DNA of 64,000 nucleotides from Candidatus Omnitrophota bacterium. GTDB lineage: Bacteria; Omnitrophota; Omnitrophia; Omnitrophales; JACROU01. A program made the position numbers and the translations under genes. Every line of letters begins with the position of its first letter. The stretch's first letter is position 1. Location: the NCBI GenBank assembly GCA_029261035.1, contig JAJDCD010000025.1, forward strand, positions 66,926 to 130,925. Direction: 5' to 3'. The notes below the pieces were generated by a model. That model saw only the letters and a program-made list of their open reading frames with translations, did not search any database and was not told the DNA's origin. This document shows, piece by piece, positions 40,501 to 46,489 of this stretch.

Positions 40501-42574
40501 AAATTTCTCTTACCCTCTCTTTATCTTTTTCATAAGATCCTAATGATTGGGCCAAAACAGCTTCTTCGCTCAACGGTTGGGTTTGGTTTTTGTTTACAAC
40601 AAAGGTAGGGCGAATAATCACAGCTTCTTGGATAGGGATTAGAATAGACTGATTTGTCAGTCCCAAGCTTATCTCTACACCTTTTTTATCAGAAGAATCT
40701 TCCAAACCTGTTTGATAATTCACAGTCAAATCTGCTTGTTTAAAAAGAACATTGGATTCCAAATAGCGACTTATATTTTGAACTAAAACTTCTGTATTGT
40801 TTCTTAAATTTGGATTTAAAGATAATTCGCGCTCAATCAGAATATTTAAAAGATCAATCACAGCATCAACAAGCATTTCCACTTGCCTTTTTTCATCTCC
40901 TCCTAAAAGTTGAATTTGTTTCAGATCCCCTACCATCCCAAGCACTTTTTGAATTTGGGAGGTATCAAAAATAGTTTTACTCATTCCCATAACAGACTGG
41001 TGATACTTCTCGTGACCAAACTCCGTTTGGATTTGAGGCTGAACTCCAACATAAGATATGTTTTTATCCTTAATCAATTCTGCTAATCCTTCGGAATGAA
41101 AACCTCCCGTAATTAAGATGGCTTTTTCTTGTTTCATTTGTTTCATTTGTTTTTGAAGTTGCTCAAATAAAGCTTTATTACGTTCTTCGGCTAATCGGTA
41201 GAACTCGATAGCATTCTTATAGACAGGTTTAAATGTTTTTTGATTTTCTAAAAGAGTTCCCAAATCTCTTTCTTCTTGGTTTGAGAGTTGCAGAAGACGA
41301 TCCGTCAACTTACGCACATCTCCATTCAAACCTTTCCAATCAGAGTATGACAATTCAAAAGCAATCAATTTCTTAAATAAATTCAAATCCTCACTCAGCT
41401 TAATTAAAATCTGTTCATTTTCGTTCTTAGATAAAAATTCATATAAATTTCTACTTAATTGGTTCATTTCATTAAAAAACTCAGGACCTGTAATTTCGCT
41501 CTGAAGAATGAAGTGTTCTGAAAACTTTCTTAAATTTTTATACGCTGAAAGATCTATTTGAGCCTGCAAACTTGCTTCATAAATAAACTGAAAGAATTCT
41601 CGGGGAGCTTTTCCTGTCGTTTCGTAAAGTCGTGTCACCAAAGATTGGTTGATCTGATTTCGTTTTGTAATGGACGTTAGCCCTCGAATCAGATGCTGCT
41701 TATCCCGCTCATCAAAAACTCGTTCTCTCATCAGATGAATTAGTTGTGTTACTTCCTTCTGGAGACCCTCATCATCTAACTCTCGTTCTCTATCTTGAAC
41801 ACGAAGCATTCGACACAGAAAGGGATATTCTTTTTGGTTTAAGGGTGAGGTCAATTCTATATTAAGAAACTCTTCTGCTTTTTTTTCTAAATAAGAGATA
41901 AATTGAATGAGTTCGATTTGTTTATTCTGATATTGCAGAACTTTTTTATCAAATTTTAATAACTCGGGATTGTAAATACGCGATTTTAAAATATTCAGTT
42001 CTCGGTCAAAAGAATCAAAAAAGGGTTTTGCTTCTTCTTTGGTTTGAAGGCCTTTACGGAACAAAGTGTAATCCTCTCGGTAAAGGTCTGTTTTTTCAAC
42101 TCCTTCAAAAAAGATACCTTCATAATCTTTTAGCCCTTCAGATATTTCCAAAGCAAAAAGTTCTCCACCTGTAACCTCCCCCTTCTGAGCTAAGGCGTCT
42201 GCTACCTTCATATTAATATCTGCATAAGGAAAAAAGTGATAACTACGAGGATCTAACGAAGAGGACGCTCCTTCTAAACCAATTAACTGATAATCATGTT
42301 CACGGACTAAGTAATCTAAAATACTTTGGATATTTTTCTGTGCTTCATAGTTCGCATGAGCATCTTGAATATGAACAATCACTTTTTCGGAGTCTGCAGG
42401 AATAACTTCTTTGACTGTACCTAGTTGTTGAGGTAAGGAGAGTTGAAGAGCACTTTGAGACACACTTTTTACGTTTAGCGACAATAGCCCCTCTGGAACA
42501 GACCATGCCACTGTAGTTGTCGTAAAGCAAATAAGCACAAAACTAGCTATAAACCTCAAGTATTTAAAACCCAA
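28568..42574 (-). CDS. Giant secreted and membrane-associated multi-module protein of 4668 aa, function unknown. It has a signal peptide, a conserved N-terminal domain, at least 4 TM segments, an LRR block and nine A-x-S-L-G module boundaries.
   Basis: A single uninterrupted ORF. The TTG start has an AAGGGAG RBS 7 nt upstream. The signal peptide is MGFKYLRFIASFVLICFTTTTVAWS. The LRR block is at DNA ~35155-35800. Confidence 0.85.
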   Translation of the reverse strand: MGFKYLRFIASFVLICFTTTTVAWSVPEGLLSLNVKSVSQSALQLSLPQQLGTVKEVIPADSEKVIVHIQDAHANYEAQKNIQSILDYLVREHDYQLIGLEGASSSLDPRSYHFFPYADINMKVADALAQKGEVTGGELFALEISEGLKDYEGIFFEGVEKTDLYREDYTLFRKGLQTKEEAKPFFDSFDRELNILKSRIYNPELLKFDKKVLQYQNKQIELIQFISYLEKKAEEFLNIELTSPLNQKEYPFLCRMLRVQDRERELDDEGLQKEVTQLIHLMRERVFDERDKQHLIRGLTSITKRNQINQSLVTRLYETTGKAPREFFQFIYEASLQAQIDLSAYKNLRKFSEHFILQSEITGPEFFNEMNQLSRNLYEFLSKNENEQILIKLSEDLNLFKKLIAFELSYSDWKGLNGDVRKLTDRLLQLSNQEERDLGTLLENQKTFKPVYKNAIEFYRLAEERNKALFEQLQKQMKQMKQEKAILITGGFHSEGLAELIKDKNISYVGVQPQIQTEFGHEKYHQSVMGMSKTIFDTSQIQKVLGMVGDLKQIQLLGGDEKRQVEMLVDAVIDLLNILIERELSLNPNLRNNTEVLVQNISRYLESNVLFKQADLTVNYQTGLEDSSDKKGVEISLGLTNQSILIPIQEAVIIRPTFVVNKNQTQPLSEEAVLAQSLGSYEKDKERVREILRVNGLEEEWDKRVILNEWKEEIDLNLDGLESVDISLIEGMENLLHVSFYQTPVSREEIRQIYEKHPEPLDLTVVDTEQMWLKWRDFDPGAAGEEVSRRRSIMGNSPLTERQFGFDERLSVAGIEDARNRLTQAKGLFQLGFYEKMIHILLARSPGILPDNDEYRKQSFDLVYPLLFDQTQPVQIRRKAAKFFIQLLPGVESKFDDWDLQDKMVDLISSAVSAETASNLLKQLSKELNEQGAQKYKEYVEWGGGQYGSGPAGPYYKTARDAEHASRMILDPQAYLEEIGNPSIFNVIFRKQNWILVPMPAIFITLGTRVLLEASQISDYVLGGVAILIPIISLIAIFRMMLDKNRGKDLNYLELQNQILFESLGESDQEIVKAVNKKLWTTDSYFFNDEKHRQYIKLQFEKLRTTDAQIYLLNELAAAVIKYSEEKENPLLVEWLNNEIVAFYQFLTEISSVSEPIKDQSKNLREFLIQQFPDIPFPDIQRDISAPPIAEDSKTGKVRDDRQLEGASLGKQFSKDEFPFDYSDRSDPKERVSVDLTDDEANKLAVRHRSLREAQRHGEALDLLLEYRPLPAENIYQREIIEYLHSHHLYYYKDRKKRRSVARYYVELILATEGMKGVISQSREEIDQYAEILTNSEYGLDAKRLLRTYLMQENTDRFNYSIRKEDDKQKYYLTSDFIFETEHLIEDPLTVYRNRDFNEIEGLALVASFAWVIAIIPLVSIYHSFFDVNPHRFYTSHFNINVLISFVSLIVIVGTLKKVFNKIRERRELREELFDQNKLADRDIVSHVRRLIWESEKSLFNDKQSRKYLLSQFEYLDSLDSRLILLNEIASLIFKYADDFDNLNLKNRIIQDVQGFHEFLDEFQTESPRMQAQIESYKDQLSIRFSSLGFSISTTPDISETPEKLSIKLKKKKKKDDRQIEGASLGKEELRSQEPALEFDDAWRLYTEGQVQQAAEVIVALMRREGYIGNRKKAVLILRDAAINTNIPPPHRNVFATALIMLLPSMRSIQKRSVAVSEVANIFSNPNLSSDRNEAVKQVIKDIRALGKSYRKEADEIFAWHGAYGGSAGDAYSAMSSQLYSFVSAVQNPERHANRIVLFQDFFTKFLFQYMPFSLLPIGIHSFIVGPGPDAAIQNATIFSIFSILMTLIPFLWTAAIWAMSREINSGVWSEERRMLMPVATASRDVDGQPIQIKKKKTTYEVLRGYIFEENFFVQKGKEVFDQIEQLRHLDLKLGLLLEMFQAALLRYEGDESELLEYDELLEEYRAAQAEQQLRLKPTERNWFLFDQVSNYQDLLRSEMSDVSFEERSILDDRERDRRAVVGASLGDEDVQDFDFPQSTLTPGSTRGERIVFLGINMFTLGLFSFLFSMPIAIPALLLLVAVGTGAGGIYLARRDVEVNYRNISWVETDDEDEPKSTEAQSLGIGPDMGLNEMMRALHEYPENFGLRGMVLHRLGGLGREDEVMRVLEGGWAQGILFPDSYHEQHKQAIRRIRETKKGQQVIEEYKARVREDIKGRLDDLNNPSVYEQGEFREAVGFEEDTLMLNIKLGFLPFENVSLSKLRGIKNLGFLLFIYYDIGNEELGHLKEHANLRSLDLSELDIGNEELTHLSGLISLKNLDIKDTQVTGEGLVHLRKLTNLESLIMDRTQVMDEGLNYLRNLLNLKTLSLIGSEVGDRALEDIIQLTNLKELRLSGTRVTGTGLKQLEALRNLEVLNLTRTQIKGSDLEIISKLTNLKELYLARIRDVKNRNLEALLNLVKLEVVDLTGTGVNFRGRNEFKNKHPNRDVLEFFTARSLGVEGEFIQRVEPLFGIEGFVQVKKLSDVYWSFEDVDGKQYVLMKRDDVSTEELLFEYELNRFLREQSDGKAYVGNVSRIWTSENLDPYVLVDDTYYVLYESEEPIYPSQSARLFDSLKTFKPILSFDKDSRRISFPALDEEVTLINLELDLSEAEEASDAIFFSSIYPIDPTPLIQRFKDLFKKENLPEEIEHEGPKLFDLERGYDWHVSLKVKGLPSGVGSVYFSVDPSAKELDLVLAFSGLKNVSHRFIIDPEVRSDSGSNVVTLQKGTQHKHYSQNNLALQNEMERVVKDFFSQIMSIEEKEGVVTQEDSLISEAQSLGVEQLKETLVFKESVKESTRRFFRFKRVEFDEEVEKILAKTKVYDSHKELEGIHDTHLSILAALLVKDKKTGLRTLENVLELRGSDKPLSEFDIELIDLSKAKGSNKKVDLIVLRSPDEVFYLTAATDKFMYRVDGAVTDSHTYMEYQESMKDYEKTPYLTRPLQFVQIGFDKEDPIRVYIKDYTPGISFDEWLLVNRERLGDEGFLDNAFYQFGKVIGSFYQKVGGWPNAEVVVDDHKGELQFYLIDYQGKVQFYIDVANQFAGYLRDSMSNNLSHLGLSDERVQQLINVVLLGFDFSFSDPKLSKDVFELFSNSSYFEEIYQSYQASITDGDLPVVASREKVLSKVDASSLGLNNENSDQSRNLAIYLENWRFLERVKESINKSSKLGKYKLSASIDRLPFFNESYEPTLVVYVLVDSKGTKYTKDLEEVRGVLGEVDLKNFPEGPGLIGWMHVVVSRDASNNPVLIVSEVQPQNDYWSLRSRLKQRIKKWHKDTYRHIEDLIGAFNRPNISFAKIHFETMSEYFSKESKLQGRVHTLDMLRELYGSPTKAYQKLEGGLRFFSDFGSKLLQKGLVIWQRNSGEKIDFWPEPEKLSELESVEDSEVRERFESARQEGDLLVGLSRDGDGKIQPVYSKGREFRNVVNADSATFKAQWTDLRSVEEIPLAFTLMDEVSMETSVDWEMVPEDLKEYFLSGAVLVTSSEDIGEDYSVLMSVTPPEIGTRAGGRTGIVLKNGMPLIFSLNGQEFFLELKGVGTPEGGYDYEDSFRGIRGGLTAGEAKREFDALQQYGTFTLEGYEKETLVRVIASIQFEHKTNKQGYLLRLSPGSIRATHEGELIEKKDEKSWVQQAAYGYGKALAYQFVQGRIPLTNPEKLITINQGQRFVLTDFFASRMLYEYPFTSARRKELKVSDALLSSVSAVDSLHHFEKYDGFEFFVEGLVQGLLNHSGWNKEKEQELLNVNDLKGVYQFLWKSFFAEEYFEAKVRMGWLPRVTSLLYVDIPTDFVATLSERAHDAYDRNSNILNNDLEEDRREILERKQEVLFKAGFTSAGIIKAVNSVESRRAFRDLLEKNKFIEILDSPYSDLWELWGESGTTPSFLWNLIMLVDYLKEQINFLQQVSEYTEDRMVRIFAEQSRKIAMARYSELILMTPHDYLLKIQDDPTYSVKMSMLPYHTKETIKDVVDVMDAARSRASSLGQQQTDFKTGEIQVSKSLVKRIGSVDGVLISDMLSSLAFRATFIHQLDMGRIFSESFLKALSGFARASGYDDFREYFMYLNGIKDMDQYKREFGKFSLYWVQPESDVTLPLDYEGTGRYGLFFRTHKQYESFYLKLRELIRKKKESDEQNKKITIDLIGPGVFEEPLSILILMMTAYQKEGVSLEEIPLDFNILDRDTRVLEAFKRGEIIYPFIDLRHKDGGVYGQWNGFKHKFQKYIPNEGFRTVTPLEKDFEDMRNNIRKAFSFLPGVSDSWQFVTVDLDNPEVNAWVQAFKYKTRGDLESGKSDFVFFNQVHTLLDQHDLAVFHANIINRTSGGGFIYSNDPELADVSAASLGVVDRVRETAQLFSGRILPLSFYSSAKSSLYRLVMSSWYPKAFAAESADAESPRVVSFDRVLSETQSRVFNAYDLNSETFSVVMKTSDYFDVESESLLLTNNPKTVSLIFYYGTNKEAKQIENKIKFLKDKNGELINDRILVIPILKGDEVDSFQSYLTGKDFVQILNLAKQYFEEVSVNITQAMVHRRLSVVGSSELLSAIDLMLIQRLETPSSNELSDLGIELADFNRYALPHAFLLGMSEGDMSHPLMKPVRDNIRKDKKRGVFTFVKNSLREKISKLQQAFKAYQALLTAA

Positions 42575-42664
42575 TAGGACACTCCCTTTTTTAATAAGTT
42601 TAATATGTATTTAGCTTCTTTACAAGATTTATACTGCTATATATAGGGATACAACCCTATCCAT

Positions 42665-42708
42665 GTCCCAAAAGTGACAGTCACCTTGGTGACAGTCACT
42701 TTTGGGAC
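42665..42708. promoter_or_regulatory. 44-bp near-perfect palindrome with two GTGACaGTCAC half-palindromes 15 bp apart. Candidate operator upstream of the giant gene, or a uvrB 3' hairpin.
   Basis: The sequence is gtcccaaaagtgacagtcacc ttg gtgacagtcacttttgggac. The 21-bp arms have 1 mismatch. It sits about 90 bp upstream of the TTG start at 42574, next to the AT-rich tatatatagcagtataaat. Confidence 0.4.
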
Positions 42709-42718
42709 ACACATTCAG

Positions 42719-44785
42719 TTATTTACGTTTTGATTTAGGGTGGTAGATTCGGTGGGTTTTGGTCTTTGGCTTAATTGTAGACATTTGCCCGGGCTTTGAT
42801 TGGGGCAGTATTTCTAAGCCGTACTCTTTCTCGAGCTCTCTAATCTGGTCTCTGTATTTAGCTGCTTTATCAAAATCCAAAGCACTAGAGGATCGTTCCA
42901 TTTTTTCTTTTAGATAAGAAAGGTAGGTTTTAATATCATGCTCTTCTTTACTTTCTCCAACTACATCTGAAACCATATCTTCTGCTTTTCGAGTAGACGC
43001 AATACCATCATAAATTGCTTTTACAATTGATTTGGGTTCAATGTGATTATCTTCATTATATTTTTTCTGAATTTCTCTACGTCGATCTGTTTCTGTAATC
43101 GCTTTTCTCATCGAGTCCGTAATACGATCCGCGTACATAATGACACGCCCATTTAGGTTTCGAGCCGCACGACCTGCTGTCTGGATCAAGGCCACTTCAC
43201 TCCGTAAAAAGCCTTCCTTATCGGCATCTAATATAGCAACCAAGGAAACTTCCGGTAAATCCAAACCTTCTCTCAGTAAATTAATCCCTATTAAACAATC
43301 AAATTTTCTTAGACGAAGGTCTTTCAAAATTTGCACACGTTCTATAGCATCAATTTCAGAATGTAAATATCGGACTTGAACACCCATATCTTTTAAATAA
43401 CGAGCTAAGTCTTCGGACATCCTTTTGGTTAAGGTCGTCACCAAAACTCTCTCATGTTTAGCTGCTCGATCTTTAATTTCATGCATCAGGTCATCGATCT
43501 GTCCTTCCGTCTTTCGTATTTCAATTTCCGGATCAATCAAACCTGTAGGACGAATAATTTGTTCTACAACCTGATCTTTTCTTTCCATCTCATACGGGCC
43601 TGGTGTGGCAGAAACATACAGGGTCTGTCCTACTGCCTTCTCAAATTCTTTAAAATTAAGAGGACGGTTGTCTAAGGCTGATGGCAACCTAAACCCATGA
43701 TCTACCAATGTCTTTTTCCTTGCTTGGTCCCCGTTATACATACCCCGAACCTGAGGAACTGTCACGTGAGACTCATCAATGATCAAAAGGAAATCTTTAG
43801 GGAAGTAATCGATTAAAGTATAAGGTTTAGAACCTGCTTCTCTGCGAGAAAGGTGTCTTGAGTAGTTTTCAATACCACTGCAATAACCCACTTCTTGAAG
43901 CATTTCAAGATCGTAAAGTGTTTTCGAGTACAATCGTTTTGCTTCCAGCTCTTTTCCAGCAAGCTTCAAAGTTTTGACTTGTGATCCTAATTCATCTTCG
44001 ATATCCTTCATACCTTCTTTAATTCGCTCCGAAGTCGTCACAAAGTGCTTGGCTGGATATACTGCTATTTTTTCTAGATCTTGAACAGGTTGGTTCGTAT
44101 CTTTATCCAGAAGACAAATACGCTCTATCTCATCCCCAAACATTTCAATGCGAATTGGATTTTCCCCATAAGAAGGAAATAATTCTAAAATATCTCCGCG
44201 AACTCTAATATTCCCTCGTTTAAAATCAACATCGGCTCTAGAGTATTGGATAGCTATAAGTTCTTTCAACAAATCATCTCGATCAATATGCTGTCCCTTT
44301 TCTACCTGAACCAACAATCCTTGCCAATCCTCAGGAGATCCTAAACCATAAATACAAGATACCGAAGAAACAATGATCGCATCATCTCGAGAAAGAAGAG
44401 CGCTCGTTGCCGCTAAACGCAACCGATCCAAATCATCATTGATAGAAGCATCTTTTTCTATATAAGTATCTGTATAAGGGATATACGCTTCTGGCTGGTA
44501 ATAATCATAATAAGAAACAAAATACTCGACTGCATTTTCAGGGAAAAATTCTTTTAACTCGGAATATAACTGTGCCGCTAAAGTTTTGTTATGAGAAATA
44601 ACCAGCGTTGGCTTTTGATATTGAGCAATCAAATTAGCCATCGTAAAGGTCTTACCCGAACCGGTCACACCTAAAAGAACCTGTTCTTTCATCCCCTCTT
44701 GAAACCCTCGAACCAATTTCTCAATCGCTTGAGGTTGGTCTCCTTTAGGTTTATAGGGAGAAACCAGCTTAAATGTGTCTGTCAT
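42719..44785 (-). CDS. uvrB: Excinuclease ABC subunit B
   Basis: 688 aa. Walker [16 protein letters not shown]. Helicase motifs and a UVR domain are present. The C-terminus has a short basic tail. Confidence 0.9.
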   Translation of the reverse strand: MTDTFKLVSPYKPKGDQPQAIEKLVRGFQEGMKEQVLLGVTGSGKTFTMANLIAQYQKPTLVISHNKTLAAQLYSELKEFFPENAVEYFVSYYDYYQPEAYIPYTDTYIEKDASINDDLDRLRLAATSALLSRDDAIIVSSVSCIYGLGSPEDWQGLLVQVEKGQHIDRDDLLKELIAIQYSRADVDFKRGNIRVRGDILELFPSYGENPIRIEMFGDEIERICLLDKDTNQPVQDLEKIAVYPAKHFVTTSERIKEGMKDIEDELGSQVKTLKLAGKELEAKRLYSKTLYDLEMLQEVGYCSGIENYSRHLSRREAGSKPYTLIDYFPKDFLLIIDESHVTVPQVRGMYNGDQARKKTLVDHGFRLPSALDNRPLNFKEFEKAVGQTLYVSATPGPYEMERKDQVVEQIIRPTGLIDPEIEIRKTEGQIDDLMHEIKDRAAKHERVLVTTLTKRMSEDLARYLKDMGVQVRYLHSEIDAIERVQILKDLRLRKFDCLIGINLLREGLDLPEVSLVAILDADKEGFLRSEVALIQTAGRAARNLNGRVIMYADRITDSMRKAITETDRRREIQKKYNEDNHIEPKSIVKAIYDGIASTRKAEDMVSDVVGESKEEHDIKTYLSYLKEKMERSSSALDFDKAAKYRDQIRELEKEYGLEILPQSKPGQMSTIKPKTKTHRIYHPKSKRK

Positions 44786-44847
44786 TCATTTCTTCCTTAT
44801 AAGCTGTCACCCTCGACTTGATCGGGGGTCCAGAAAAATGAAACTGG

Positions 44848-44867
44848 ATTCCCGCCTCCGCGGGAAT
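44848..44867 (-). terminator. Hairpin attcccgc-ctcc-gcgggaat downstream of nadC. A possible terminator and a member of the cgggaatcca hairpin family.
   Basis: 8-bp GC-rich stem with a 4-nt loop. On the minus strand a T-rich tract (ccagtttcattttt) follows it. Confidence 0.35.
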
Positions 44868-44875
44868 AACAATGT

Positions 44876-45763
44876 TTATAGAATCTCCAATGAAAAATCA
44901 AAATTGGGAGCCGAGTGAGTGATAGCTCCAACAGAAATACGATCTACTCCTGTTTTTGAAATTTGTTTTATATTTTTGAGTGTAATTCCACCTGAAGCTT
45001 CTAGTAATGGTTCTTTTATCTTTATCTCTTTAGCTAATTGGCGAGAAATCACCACTGCTCTCTTCAGTTCATTTATCTTAAAGTTATCTAATAAAATCAT
45101 ATTCGGTTTATAAGAAAATGCCCAGGGCAGTTCTTTAATAGAATCTACTTCAATCTGTAACGGAATTCTTTTATTCCGTTCCTTCATCATCTTTTGATAG
45201 ATTTCAAATTCTTTATCTCCATCCAATTCACACAAAATAGTCTTATGGTTGTCCTTAATCAAATATTGATCATACAGACCAAAACGATGAGAAAAGCCTC
45301 CACCACATTCAACCGCATATTTTTCAACATCTCTCCATAAGGGGGTTGTCTTTCTTGTGGCCAACAGCTGGCATTGTTTAGAAGCAATTTGCTTTACATA
45401 AGATTGAGTCGTTGTAGCAATACCGGATAACTTCCCTAATAAGTTCAGGGCTAAACGTTCTGCGGTTAAAATAGAACGTGACGGACCTTCTATTTTTAGA
45501 ATGACCTGTCCTTTTTTTACAAGAGACGCATCCTTCTTCAAAACCTTAACTTTTAACTTGGAATCTAAAGATTTAAATATCAGAGGAATTAATACAGAAC
45601 CCGATAGAACTCCATTTTCTTTAGCTATAATCTGAGCTTTACTTTTAGAGGTCTTGGGAATAGACCACTGCGAAGTAACATCTCCAAAACCCACATCTTC
45701 TTTAAGGGCTGCGATGAGACGCTTTTTTAAAGATTGGGATATTTGTAACTTGGGTTGTTTCAT
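44876..45763 (-). CDS. nadC: Nicotinate-nucleotide pyrophosphorylase (quinolinate phosphoribosyltransferase)
   Basis: 295 aa. C-terminal motif LLDNF ... ASGGITLKNI ... DRISVGAITHSAP. Confidence 0.8.
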   Translation of the reverse strand: MKQPKLQISQSLKKRLIAALKEDVGFGDVTSQWSIPKTSKSKAQIIAKENGVLSGSVLIPLIFKSLDSKLKVKVLKKDASLVKKGQVILKIEGPSRSILTAERLALNLLGKLSGIATTTQSYVKQIASKQCQLLATRKTTPLWRDVEKYAVECGGGFSHRFGLYDQYLIKDNHKTILCELDGDKEFEIYQKMMKERNKRIPLQIEVDSIKELPWAFSYKPNMILLDNFKINELKRAVVISRQLAKEIKIKEPLLEASGGITLKNIKQISKTGVDRISVGAITHSAPNFDFSLEIL

Positions 45764-46485
45764 TTAATATGGGTTATCTTTTTCAGTTTTTCGATTTCTT
45801 CACCTTTCAGAAAACGCCATTCTCCTGCTTTAAGCCTAGATAAACCTAAAGGTCCGATAGAATCTCTTCGTAGTTTTTTCACATCATAGCCTAAAACGCC
45901 TAGCATCCTTCTGATCTGACGGTTCTTTCCCTCCTTCAGTTCAAAATGAAGTCGAGAAGATTTGGAATCCGCATGCAGCAATTTCACACGGCAAGGAAGC
46001 GTTTTTCCCTCTTCTAAATTTATCCCCTTTTCTAAGCGGGTCAAATCTCTTGATTCAAAATAACCTTTTATTTCTACTCGGTATTGTTTAACAACTTTAT
46101 ATCGAGGGTGAACCAACCGATTAGCCATATCCCCATCATTCGTTAAAAGCAAAAGACCTGTAGAGGCTTTATCTAAACGTCCCACAGGATAAAGACGACC
46201 TATTTTTTTAGGAAGACAATCCGTCAAAGTATCTTTCTTTTTCGAAGCTTTCATCGTACATTCAACGCCTTTGGGCTTATGTAAAAGAATATAAGTTGTA
46301 GCTTCCTTTTTGAGACGATTTCCATCTACTTCAATACGATCAGAACTTATATCTACTAAGGTTGGAATATGAGTAATCACTTCCCCATTCACACTGACAC
46401 GACCTTGCGTAATATACTCTTCTGAAGCTCTTCGACTCGCTATACCTGCATGAGCTAAACATTTAGCTAAACGTTCTTTGGCCAT
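45760..46485 (-). CDS. Pseudouridine synthase of the RsuA/RluB family with an S4 domain
   Basis: 241 aa. Motif GRLDKASTGLLLLTNDGDMANRL. The start ATGA overlaps the nadC start. Confidence 0.75.
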   Translation of the reverse strand: MAKERLAKCLAHAGIASRRASEEYITQGRVSVNGEVITHIPTLVDISSDRIEVDGNRLKKEATTYILLHKPKGVECTMKASKKKDTLTDCLPKKIGRLYPVGRLDKASTGLLLLTNDGDMANRLVHPRYKVVKQYRVEIKGYFESRDLTRLEKGINLEEGKTLPCRVKLLHADSKSSRLHFELKEGKNRQIRRMLGVLGYDVKKLRRDSIGPLGLSRLKAGEWRFLKGEEIEKLKKITHIK

Positions 46486-46489
46486 AATT

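Noticed and set aside
40900-41100. HEKYH (HExxH) in the N-domain of giant 1 as a possible zinc-metalloprotease site
   Set aside because: The motif is absent at the aligned position of the paralog and has no downstream third ligand context, so it is likely chance. I also considered ITGGFHSEG as a GxSxG lipase nucleophile elbow, but it does not fit the pattern.
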